Shown: in pieces, positions 1 to 24,956 of the stretch | How the letters are laid out: every line of letters starts with the position of its first letter | How positions within the stretch are numbered: position 1 is the stretch's first letter | Assembly (NCBI GenBank): GCA_950097015.1 | Contig: CATNEN010000031.1 | Span: forward strand, 2,790,001-2,854,000 | Length of the DNA: 64,000 nucleotides | From: Macrostomum hystrix | Lineage: Eukaryota > Animalia > Platyhelminthes | Direction: 5' to 3' | The notes under the pieces: model-generated | The model's database searches: none | The model's input: only the letters and a program-made list of their open reading frames with translations | What the model was told of the DNA's origin: nothing | Position numbers and translations under genes: made by a program

Positions 1-119
1 CTCCCACAAGCATAAAGCTAAAAGAGTGAATTTTCAAGTGAGTTTTGGGAAGCTAGAAGATAAAATGCAAGGGTAAAAACGAAAAACGAATGTACTGAAA
101 GCTCTTCTGAGTAACTCAC

Positions 120-3100
120 CCATGTCGCACAATCATCATCTCGTAGGTCTGAATGATCTTCTCCGTAAAGAAGTCAACGCTCTGAAGTTTGCGGGCCTCA
201 CAAACGCGCCGGATTTCGTCGAGGAAGATCTTGTAGTCTGCCTCGGGCCTCTGAACTCCGGGAAACAGGTCGCTGATAATACCTTCGAACAAGGGGATGT
301 CATGCGATAGGAACTTCGGCAAGTTGACGTCCAGGATGGAACGAAGCAACAGGATGTTTTCGTCGTCGTCTGGAAACTTCAGCTTCAGATTTCCAGCAGC
401 TGAGAGCACCGCCTTCACGGCTCGCATTCCGTAGTCGTAGTGGCTCTGGGAACTGAGCAGCTCGGAGCTCAGTCGGTAGGTGGTGACAATCTTCACGGCG
501 AGATTGCGAGCATCCATGAAACCGAAAGAGTAGAGAGAGATCTCGCCGATCATGGCATAGTCTGGCACCATCATGGCTACTGGCCGGAACAGCACCTTCA
601 GGTTGTCAGGCAGCTCCGAGCGACCTGCGTATCCGGGATTCATCGTGATGCACACGTAGCAGTTGGGGTTGAGCCGGAGTAGCGTTCCCTCGAAGTCGAA
701 CTCAACTGCTTTGCCGCGCACAGCGATGATAATGCTGAGGATCTGCTGCGCAACCACAGACAGCACTTCCAGCTCGATGCGGTTGAACTCGTCGAAGCAG
801 GCCCAGGCACCGCTGGAGGCGAGGCCTTTGAAGAACTTTCCCATGGCGATGTAGTCGAGACCGTCTGAACAGTTGAACACGACGCACTGCACAGCCAGAG
901 CCTTCGCTAAGTCCTTCGTAGTCTCGGTTTTGCCTGTACCGGCCGGACCCTCGGGGGCGCCGTTCAGGTTTAGGTGGTACGCACCAATCAGGGTGCGATA
1001 GCAGCGATCAGTGAGAGGAGTGATCACAAGCCGCGGCGAGTTGCCCAGGTACTCGTAGGCGTAGCGCACCTTGGCGTTGGTCAACCTGATGAAGACGTTT
1101 TCTTCCTCCCAGTAGTAGCGCATCTGGGCCAGCCAGTTAAAGTCGTTTTCGTCGGACACTCCCTTCTTCACCATGTCCTCAACCACGTCGCGCGAGTGCA
1201 CATCAATAACGACCAGTGCGCCGAGGGTGATGCGCTGCTGTGCGTTCAACTTGCCGCGCACCAGCACGACGATGTCGGCCAGCTGGTCCGACAGTTTCTT
1301 GTAGTAGTCCTTCAGGCCCTGGACGCCTGCGCTCAAGGCGTCGTGCACCTCCGCTGTCCAGTAGATCTGGGAGACGCAGAGAACTACCTGTCCGGGCCAG
1401 TCGCACACCCACTTCTTGCGGGCCTCAATGGCGTAGGCCTGTAGGGAAAAATGTCAGGTGGTTCGCAATGCCAGAGATATTTGAAATGGTGAATCATGGC
1501 ATTGCTGGTTTAACAGTACACATAACTATGGCTAGCTCTGACGGAGCTCATTGCAAGGCTAACTCAGGGATCAGGGATAACTTTTAAGGGCGTCATAGCC
1601 TCCGGTCACGTCTCCCGACCTTAGAGTATGAGGGAATAGTGTCTTATTCTGGATCATATTTTATTTTCTCTTTAAAGCACCTAAAATCTAAATATACGAG
1701 TAGTATTGATGTTACATTATAATTAAAGGTAGTTGAACAACAAAAGGAAAATGTGAAGCTTGTTTTTGGATTCAAATCGGGTCATTAAGTTAATAGGTCC
1801 GAAAATATCTATTGTGAAAGGAAATACGGCATTTGGCATAGTGAATCGATGCCCATGGTAATAGAATGTTAATAATTGTACAGGGATCACAAAACTTCGG
1901 GTTGAAAATTTCACACTTATGTCTAATCGAATTCCGGGACTCAGACGACACCAACAAGCACTTATAATATTTCCACAGTCTTTGCCTCGTATTTACATGC
2001 ACTGACTCAGTCGACAAGACAGACGGATATCTCTGAAAATGTAGCATTAAAAAACTTTGTGAACTATTAAAAGAGGAAATGTACTCGTATCATTTGGACA
2101 TGCTGCTATCTGTGAGTTGAGTTCTCGACAACCTTCTTTGAAACTGTTTCTATTTTCAGTTGTGTGTACATGCTAGTTAAACTAAACAATATTGTTTTTA
2201 TCAAAATGCTATGCTAGAGTACATTCTGTGCCGAGATAAAAGAAAAAGTCTCAATTAATTAGCAACGTATCAGCTCATCGGCGGGACTAGAAGCAAACAT
2301 GATGTTGTTGATTCGTTTGTCACACAAGTCCTGAAAACGATGCGACGATTGAAACGATTCCGCTATGTTCATTAGACTCAAGCTTTGCAAAGTTGGCGGT
2401 TTATGATAGTCGCTGGGGAGGACAAGCAAGTATTAAAAAGCTTCAGAACTCACGTCGTAAGATGCCGCGATGACATCTCGCATCGACATCAGCATCACGT
2501 CCTGCACCTGCAGCAGCCACTTCTCTACCGCTCCGCGCGCCTCCGAGGTGCTGATGGTCTGGCTGAACTTAATCTTCTCACCTTCACTGGAGTACATTCC
2601 GTGAATGTCCAACGCACTGTCGAACTCGAGCTTCGCGATACCTTCGAAGCACTTCTTAAGATGCGGCTGGACGCGCAGCGGGTCCTTGGTCTCGGACAAA
2701 ATCTCGAGCATTTCATCGTTGGACAGGAAGAAAAAGCGAGGGAAGAACAGTCGCTTCTTCTCCAGGTAGGTGTTTAGACCCTTCTGGATTTTGTCCAGCA
2801 GTTCGTTTGAGTCCTTTAGTTTCTCTAGCAGGCCCGGCATGTCAGTGGCCTTCAACAGCTTCGGATCCTTGGCCGTGTTCTTCATGACGTCGCGCCAGTT
2901 ACGGTCCACAGTTTGGAACAGCCGGCCCTGCTCCGGCATCTGCTGCATGATGTCCTCCGAGCTGAAGATCGGCTCCAGGTAGAGCCAATTCGCCTGCACC
3001 TTCAGCCACTCGTCGATTGTCTCCTGAATGCGCAGCAGGCGCTCCTCCCACTCGCGGATGTCCTTCTCAAATGGCCGAATAAACGGCGAGCCGCGCATCG

Positions 3101-6100
3101 TCTGCGTGCGCATGATCTGGTCGTCCAGCTGAGTTTGAATGTCGTCGACGCTGGACAGAATGTTAATGCCGGTCTCGCGGTAGGGAATTAGAGAGAAGCT
3201 TATTGGCTCCCAGTCGTCTACCATTTTCTTCATGCCTGTCAATAAGTGAGAAAATCATGCTTTAAATGCTAGCTGTTTGATTAATCAGTTTTCCCTTAGA
3301 AAATTTGTTCCTGAAGGTTTAGTTGGCCGGTGAAAGGAATTGTAAATAAAGCCAAACGCACCCTTCTCCAAACTGTGTTCCTTTGAAGCCGCTGCTGAAA
3401 TCTGGCCAAACTCCTCCATGAAGGCGTCCAGCTTGAGTCCCAGCACTTTTATGAGAGTTGTGCCAGAATCTGGGGTGATGTTGAAGCCGCAGATGCTCGA
3501 CATTTTGGCCCAGTGGCGATCTCTGATGCCTGGATTACACAGAATCTCGATCACGTTGATCTTCTCCTTGAAGTCTCGAATCTTCTCAGTCAAGGTGTTG
3601 CAAATGTCCAGCGCAGCGGGCGGCTTGATATCCTCTTCGTCATCTTTCTCTTCCTCGCCTCCCTCGCCTTGAGTCTCGTCGTCCAGCTTCCTTCTCTTCT
3701 TCTTCTCGCGCTCGCGCTCCTCCTTCTCAGCCTGCATCTTCTTCAGCCTATTGTTAAACACCTTGGAGACGCGGAAAATTTCTCGGCTGATTTCGTCCAC
3801 TTCTTCGGCAATGCGCTCCGCCTCTAGGGCAAGGAATTCTCCTTTGAGCCACCTAGAGAGATAACCAAGTGTAATTGTACCAAGCGTTAAGGCAAAAACT
3901 ACTGCTACATAAATCGATCGAATCGATCGAATAATAAACCCGATCGAATGCTGATTCGCTTACTGGTTCTCCTTGTTCAGGTATCTGTTTGTGTACTTGA
4001 AGATGCTGAGGAACGGCTGTACCAAATTGGTCAGGTCGTCGATATCCGGGAAGGGCGTGATGGGATACTTGTACAACTGCTCCTCCTTGTTGATCCACTC
4101 GGAGTCGGCTCGGGCTGCATCCAGGCGCTGCTGCACTTTTTGGACGTCCTGCACATACTGGTTCATGATCTCCAGGTCCATCTCGCCGTAGTCGTTGAAC
4201 TCGTCGACTCTGTTGCGGATTCGCTGCAGTTCGGCGATCAGCTTCTCTTTGCGCTCGATTAGCAGCTTTTCGCCGTGAGTCTTGGACTCTTCTTGCAGCT
4301 AGAATGGATACAAAGGTAGCGAATTTAAAAAAAATAGTTTTTACTGCGAATAAAAATTTAAAGAGTCACTTACAGTCTCATTGTCATCGAAGATCGGCGA
4401 GATTCTTTTCGGCCAGGTGAGAACCTCGCTGTTTAGGTTCAGATCATCGTCGTTAAAGATCCAAACATCCAGCAGGTATTGCAGACGATTTTGCGACTCC
4501 TTGATCTTCTCGTTCAGAGTCACCATGCCAGTGCCGCGAGCGTGCTCCATGAACTTCGTCATCTCCATGAGCTCCTCGCTGGTCTCCGGTTTCTTCAGCG
4601 CTCTTGCTTTCACGTACTCAAACTGCTGACAGATTTTGCTATTCTCTATTCGGTGGTCGCGCACCACGCGCTCTAGCAAGCGATCGGCATAGCCCTGGGC
4701 TACTTCTGCTAGGCCGTTCTTCAGCTCCTCTACATTGAGCCGAATGAGGTCGTAGAATTCAATAGTTGGATTGCGCCGAATTGTGTAAGAGATGGAGCGG
4801 TACTCTTCTATCAGCACGCAGTATTCGGCAAACGTGTGCTCCTCGGTTAGAAACTTCTCAACTCGAGCGTTGGCCGTGCCGTCAATCAGGTAGTCGTAGC
4901 GCTCGTGATACGACCTGAGACTGTTCTCCACGCTCTCAAAGTAGCGCGCCGCAGCCGACCTCAGCTTCGCCTTGGCCAGCTGCACAATGTGCTCCGCCAG
5001 CTCTGTCGGCACGTTCACGTTCGCTGTGGCCGACAGCTGCGAACTCACCGTCGGGATGCTGCTGAGACTCTTGTTGACCTCATCCACCACTGACAGCAGA
5101 AGGTCCTCGTACACAGAAAACTCCGGATCAACGCTCATTTGGCGATCCTGGAAGGAGAGGAACATGTTGAGCTGCGGCAGGCGGAAGCGCTGCTCCTCGT
5201 CGAATAGGAGAACCCACGCGTTGGCAGTTTCCTCTTTGAGCAGTTTCAGCTGGTTGGACATGAGGGTGGTGACGCAACTGTAGAACGGTTCCTGCAGGTC
5301 CACGCGCAGGATGGATGTTGTGCGCTCCGAGAAGATTTTCATGACCTCCCGGTACCAGTGACTGAGCAGCCGCTCCTCCATTTTCTCGCAGTCGTAGGTG
5401 ACGTTCGTCCTGAGAGTCTCGAACTCCATAGGACTCTCGGCCTTGTACTCTGCCAGGTCCAGGATTATCTGCTTTCCGAGCTCGCGCTGGCAGAGCTCCA
5501 GCAGTTTTTGCATCTGTGGATACAGGATCATCAGCCGGTAGCTGATCTCGCGCTTGTTTTCCACGAAACTTTCATGCCACTCCTTTGAGAAGTCGAGTCC
5601 ACTGCAATGGTTTATTTACAATCAATAAACAATGTTACCGACAACCTGCACAAAATGTAAGGCGCTGATAAACAATTTTGCACTTACACTGGCTCTTCTG
5701 GCGGCTCCTCAAGGTCGTCTTCTTCCAGGCCTGGCACATCTGGCTTCTTCAGCGATAGTTGCACTAAAATAATGAATTAGATACTCAGTTAGATACTGAA
5801 GCTTCGGCTAACTTTAAATCCAGTGTACGTTCGTCATGCTCAACAATACGATTACGAGTACAAATAAATGCTTGAATTCTTGCAGCATATAACGAAACTA
5901 ACCCAATGACTTCTTCATGCTGGTGTCAAAGTTCTGATTTACTTCTGCAAGAACCTCATTTAGGAAGTCGTCTTTGCCTTCCCTCAGATGCTCGGCAATC
6001 TTGTGCTTTATGTTAACAAGCCACTCCTGTGACATGGGTGGAATTGGGCTGCTCTCCACGCACTTCCGAAGGAACTCGTAATTCAGCCGCACTTTTCTGT

Positions 6101-6796
6101 CCTCGCTCATCATCTAGAATATGCGTTCGGTGATTTTAATAACTGCATTAAATGCATAAAAAAATTATTTTACAAACCTCCTGTGGATACTCAGGTGGAG
6201 CTGGTCTCGACAAGTCCTTGCTGTCATACTTCATTTCGTGCTGAATTTTGAGTGCTCTCTCAACCCTAAAAATGAAAAAACTACTTTTCTGCATTTTAGG
6301 CATTTATTGGACTTCCAAACCGATGTAAAACTTTTTTGATATTTATTCCATACCTATAAAAAGTATGAAATATAAACAAGTGGCATTCAATCGTCAATTT
6401 AGTATGCACAAATGAATCAGACAGCAAATCAAAAAACATATTCGCAAGTAGAGCGTGAACATAGATTAATTGAGATAGATTAATTTTGATATCAAAATTG
6501 CTAATTGTTGACTTCTTCCAGAAAGAAGTCCAAAAATAGCATCGGGATAAAACAGGGACTAGCAGCTAGCGACAGATGCTACAGGCGAACGTATTAGCAG
6601 CTAGGATTAGCAGAAAGCAAAAGCCTATATCCACAAGATTTCGAACGAAAGTAAAAATGGATGTAGATACCAAAAAATTATTTTGGTGCTCTAAGAGCAA
6701 CGAATATTTCAATGCTGCAGGCAGTACTTGCATTTGCATTCCTAAACCTATTTTCTAAAATTATTTATCTCACAATAGATCCAGCGGCTTCTTCAT
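120..6796 (-). CDS. DNAH12: Axonemal inner-arm dynein heavy chain (DNAH12-like), 5' portion: tail, linker and AAA1; gene continues beyond window start
   Basis: Exons (minus): 6774-6796 (tentative start, MKKPLDL), 6178-6265, 5903-6113, 5688-5763, 4374-5601, 3964-4298, 3362-3852, 2454-3235, 120-1438. All are GT-AG and phase-consistent. Motifs: AAA1 P-loop [57 protein letters not shown]. The N-terminal [15 protein letters not shown] and ITPDSGTTL match my recollection of DNAH12 rather than DNAH3/7. Confidence 0.9.
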
Positions 6797-7578
6797 TTAA
6801 CTTGGAATTTTTCTCATGCTTCTTTGAGAAAAGAAGCTTGCTGCAGGCAAATATGACACGCACGCGCAAATAATATTAAATTCTTAAAAAGCAGCAACAA
6901 AAGGGCACCTACAAGAACTGTTGCAGTTGATCTCTTTTTTTATCTGCTAGACGGTAATTCTGCAAATTGATAGCGACGATTCCGTCCTCTTCTTCGCCTT
7001 GCTTACGCTTGGCATTCGATCTTCTCTCCCCCGATATAGGGGGGAGTTTTTCTTTGCTACTCATAACTGCACCATGTAAAAAATGTAGCCTTGAAAATTT
7101 TGCAAAATATGAAATTAAACTTACTTCGTGCTCGCTAGATACGACCTTGTATTAACAAAAGGTGTTATAAAAAAATATATTAAACCAAATACAGTAAGCC
7201 TAAATATGCTCGATGTCAATAATGTTATAAAAATAACACTATAAATTATGTAAACACAACTAAAAATTTCTTACTGAAAACTTTTTCTCTATTTTTAGTT
7301 GACCCGTGCACGAGCCGAGTAGGATTCTGTCAATTACATATTTTTATCTGATCCTTACATATGCTACGCTAATATATTCAAACTAGTTGGTTTTGGTATA
7401 GTTTCTATTCAGCATAAAACGAACAGTAGTCAACTGTGCGTATATATTTTACCGATTCTAGACACTACTCTTACGCTAAACTAAGCGTCTGAATAATTTT
7501 TCAGATAATCAACGGCAATAGGAAGAGTTTAACGCTGTGATTTGTTTTCTATTTTATTTTGTGTGCAACTTAATATTA

Positions 7579-9280
7579 ATGGGACCGGTTTCTACACTTT
7601 CCCCATCTATATCTAGCTCGATTGTCTCGACTCCAAACAACTACACAACAGGGACATGGAATAATAAAGTTAAATTGTTTGTTCAAGGCAATAAACAAAC
7701 TCTTCTACAAAGTGCTGTACTTCTTTGTATTATTACAGCGATTGTGCTACTGTTCTTTGTTGTAAAGTCTACCTTGTGAGTATATTAAAACCATAAAAAT
7801 CTGTATAAATAGATGCATAATATAATTGTCAAAACACATTTAGAAAATTAAAGTTTTTTACTTATAGGGGCCTTTGTATTCCTTATATGTTTGTTATTTG
7901 TTAGGCCTATGTGTGTATATTGTTCTATATTTTAAAGGTGCATTTTATTTCAACATTTCAAGCACATTATAATATCTGTATGTGTTCACCAGCATCAATT
8001 ATGATCAATATAATAAATGGTAGCCATTAAAGATATTGCTAGATTTTAATTTGGTGTAAAACAATATTTTAAAGACAAACTATAGTCTAAATTTTGAAAT
8101 AAAAACAGTAAATGAATATAGTGAGTCTAGTGAGTACTGAGTACTGTAGTAAGTACTTAGAGGTATATAAAGGTGCTTATCAAGAAACAAATTGTGCAAA
8201 CCTTGTTTCCAATTCCTTGACCTATTTTTCTAGGCACCTCAGCTTTAAAATGCTATTTTGCAATTATAACAGTATATTTGTATTTAGAAAACTTAAGGCC
8301 TTTAATATTATAAGAATAATCAATCAAAAAGTTTTTGCAAGCATATTTTTTCTGAATTATAGTTTAAAAAGTGTCTGCAAAATATTTGGAAAAAAATCCA
8401 AATCAAAACATTTTTCTAAAAATCCCAAATATTCAAATCCATATTTTGAACCTAACATTAGCTAGAACCACCAACTCTAACTGTGAACCAAAAGGACACC
8501 AATCTTATTGAAGGCACATGGCCCATTCCAAAGTTTGATTCTGTATTATGTATCGTACAATTGCTATATGCTCTTTTTGAGTAGACCTCAAAACTATAGA
8601 CAAGCAACAATTGTAAAATTTGCTTTTTTCATTTATTAGTCTATTTGATTTAGCTATCTAATTGTTTTTGTTATGACTTATAAATTATATAGTTTCACAC
8701 ATGCACACTGTTTGAGCTTAGGGAATGATTATTGAAGATTGGCACAGTTTTATAAGATAGCTTTATGCGGGATAGAGTAGCAGAGCAGTTAGTAACTTAC
8801 CCTTATTGTACCATAGCAATGATTTTGAACTTGATCTTGATTCCTTAGCAAGGCTATGTTTTTTTCAAGGGAGATCCACAGAGAAAAAGCTTGATTTTGG
8901 CTTTGGCTTGAATTTAGTTTATTGCCTGTGGATATTTTTGTATGTGGCTGACATAAACTAACAAATTGTTAAATAGCTATTGTCAGATTCTTAACTGATC
9001 AACTTCTATATTATTTGACTCCAACTTGCTTCAGAGCTTAAGTAGCTAGCTATATGCCCTATTTATATAGGCCATGTGTCATTTCTATAGCCTAATGATC
9101 ACTAATAAATCACTACTGAAATACAGGCTTCGCCGACGAGCTAGCAAGTCGCGACGCTATGGCCTAGTCGACGCCGACAAGCTGGAAACGCAGCATCTAG
9201 ATGAAGACGATGCCGACGACGAAGTCACCGTGTTCGAAGCCAACGGCGGAGGCAAATTCGGCCCTATGATTGGTCGCTAA
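7579..9280 (+). CDS. FAM174-like (DUF1180/TMEM157 family) small single-pass membrane protein, about 116 aa
   Basis: Exon 7579-7775 (ends TT|gtgagt) joins exon 9127-9280 (tacag|G) in phase. Product: Ser/Thr-rich N-terminus, TM segment AVLLCIITAIVLLFFVV, then RRRASKSRRYGLVDADKLETQHLDEDDADDEVTVFEAN, matching the FAM174 pattern (basic-RRYG...acidic-DD..TVFEAN). True start uncertain. Confidence 0.75.
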
Positions 9281-9551
9281 TTGCTGAGCACAATTACCCG
9301 TGTCTGCTCCGCCTGACCTACTTTAAGTAAGGTGACATGTTTTGTATAAATCAAACTCCTTGTTTAGGACGAGCTTTTGAAAAGCTGTAAATCTGTATGG
9401 ATAATATTGGCAACATTCTCATTATACACTCACTTTTTCCAAGTTTTTTTACCATTCTGTGTTTCAAGCATTGAGTGAGCACTTATTGAGTCTCATTTTT
9501 TCATTACTTTACTAAACGCTACTCATCGTGTGTCTTGACTAACCTTAAAGG

Positions 9552-9830
9552 TGTTATAGCCTAGTGGTTGTCTTAAATTTACGACTTAAAGGTCGGGTTT
9601 CGACTCTCGACTCCACTGAAAAAAATTGTCTTTTAGCAAGACAGTTAACTCCGCGCTGCTTCAGTTCACCTAGCTGTTAAATGGGTAACCAGCATTAGCT
9701 GGGATAATATAGGGTGGGTTTGGCTTCCCCCCAGTCCATGGACTGAACAGCGATACGCGGCTGTGCTGTCGGCTGCACACCTTACCCAATTAGGGAAGGT
9801 GAAATAAATTATTATTTTGACTAACCTGTT
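9552..9830 (+). mobile_element. tRNA-derived SINE with a CORE/V/Meta-type central domain
   Basis: A-box-like TAGCCTAGTGG, B-box-like GGTTTCGACTC, central ttgtcttttagcaagacagttaactcc...cttcagttcacctagctgttaaatgggta (resembles conserved SINE core domains), and an (ATT)n tail. A related minus-strand head lies at about 31055-31178. Confidence 0.6.
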
Positions 9831-10532
9831 TGTTTTCTCTTTAAACTGCACTTCCGTATGCACTCCTTTCATTTGGGTCGCTTATTTAGTTTAACCTACT
9901 AACGACGTTTAAGTAGTATATTTAGAATACGTTGTATTAAGATTGTTGTAACGCAAACTGTATTTTTCTCTGCTTGTTTCATAATCAAGTGTTTTTTTCT
10001 TGACATAATTCAGATGAACGATGAACCTTATAGAAAGATCGAAAATATGTGTTACAACCTCAGAACTGCACTTTGCGTGTTCTGGTTTTTATATTGGTTT
10101 CTGTAGCGTCTTCCTTTCAGATAATCTAGGCACGTCATTCTTTGAAGATAAAAAGTTTTCGTTTGTTATTTACTTATGTAAGCACAAGTGATAAATCATT
10201 AGCATTGTTTGCATTCAATTTTATTCCGTGAAACCGGCAACACATTCTTCATCTCAGTTTTGAGAATAATTTGCCAAACTCTTCATCTTCTTATTATGCT
10301 AAATGCAAAAATATATTACACAGCTGCAGTTCATTTGCTTGAACTCATTGGGAAATATTCTGTGCTAATCAAACTATAACCAAGCATTGTTTTATTCTTT
10401 TAATTTTTTCTTGCAGTTCAAGTCACATACAAGTTTGGATAGAGAGAATTGAAGTATTAGCCCAGCTGCGACACAGTGTTGCTTTCACAGACCCAAACCC
10501 AGCAAACCAAAAATTCACTACCCACAAACTTT

Positions 10533-11260
10533 CCAACCCCCAAGCTTCACAGCCCCAAGCTTCACAACCCCCAAGCTTCACAACCCCCAAGCTTCACAAC
10601 TCCCAAGCTTCACAACCCCAAGCTTCACAACCGCCAAGCTTCACAACCCCCAAGCTTCACAACCCCCAAGCTTCACAGCCCCCAAGCTTCACAACCCCCA
10701 AGCTTCACAACCCCCAAGCTTCACAACTCCCAAGCTTCACAACCCCCAAGCATCACAACCCCCAAGCTTCACAACCCCAAGCTTCACAACCGCCAAGCTT
10801 CACAACCCCCAAACTTCACAACCCCCAAGCTTCACAACCCCCAAGCTTCACAACCCCCAAGCTTCACAACCCCCAAGCTTCACAACCCCCAAGCTTCACT
10901 AATCACGAACTTCACAACCCCCAAGCTTCACAATCCCAAGCTTCACAACCCCCAAGCTTCACAATCCCAAGCTTCACAACCCCCAAGCTTCACAATCCCA
11001 AGCTTCACAACCCCCAAGCTTCACAACCCCCAAGCTTCACTAATCACGAACTTCACAACCCTCAAGCTTCACAACCCACAAACTTCGCAACCCCAAGCTT
11101 CACAACCCCCAGGCCTCACAACCCACAAACTTCACAACCCCCAAGCTTCACAACCCCCAAACTTCACAACCCCCGAGCTTCACTACCGCCAAACTTCACA
11201 ACCCCCAAACTTCACAACCCACAAACACCACAAGCCAAAACTCCAAACTATCACAAACCA
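10533..11260. repeat. Tandem minisatellite, about 15-16 bp unit (AAGCTTCACAACCCCC), upstream of ZNF330
   Basis: Directly visible array; it explains ORF 10476-11495. Confidence 0.95.
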
Positions 11261-11538
11261 TCAGGCCTCCAAATCTTTGGCAATGAATTCTACACCCCCA
11301 TACCTAGATTTAGTTCTCCCCGACGCAGGCAAGCGCTGTGCAGTGCACCAAAAACTGCGATGTACAAGCTCTTTCGTGGATCGAGGAGGCCGCCACACCC
11401 ACCCATTTATAATTTTTTGCCATATTTATTGCTTAAGGATTCGAACTCCCGACCTCTCAATCGATATTAAAGCACCGCACATTACGTCTGTCTGACGCAT
11501 AAAAAATAAAGTAACTATTGAAACTACTTGCGTCCTGA

Positions 11539-24844
<13,306 letters not shown>

Positions 24845-24956
24845 TGGAAGCAGAAAACTTTGCTTCAGCTTTAAATTATCGCAGGTGTCGGCCCAACTGC
24901 GCCATGATACGGCACCGCAAAGCCATCAGAATTCGGCCATCTGACCCTTTTAAACA

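Noticed and set aside
122-5588. Many plus-strand ORFs overlapping the dynein exons
   Set aside because: Antisense shadows of GC-rich coding sequence.
10476-11495. 339-aa PTK/QASQPP ORF
   Set aside because: Entirely a 15-16 bp minisatellite with a non-ATG start and no domain.
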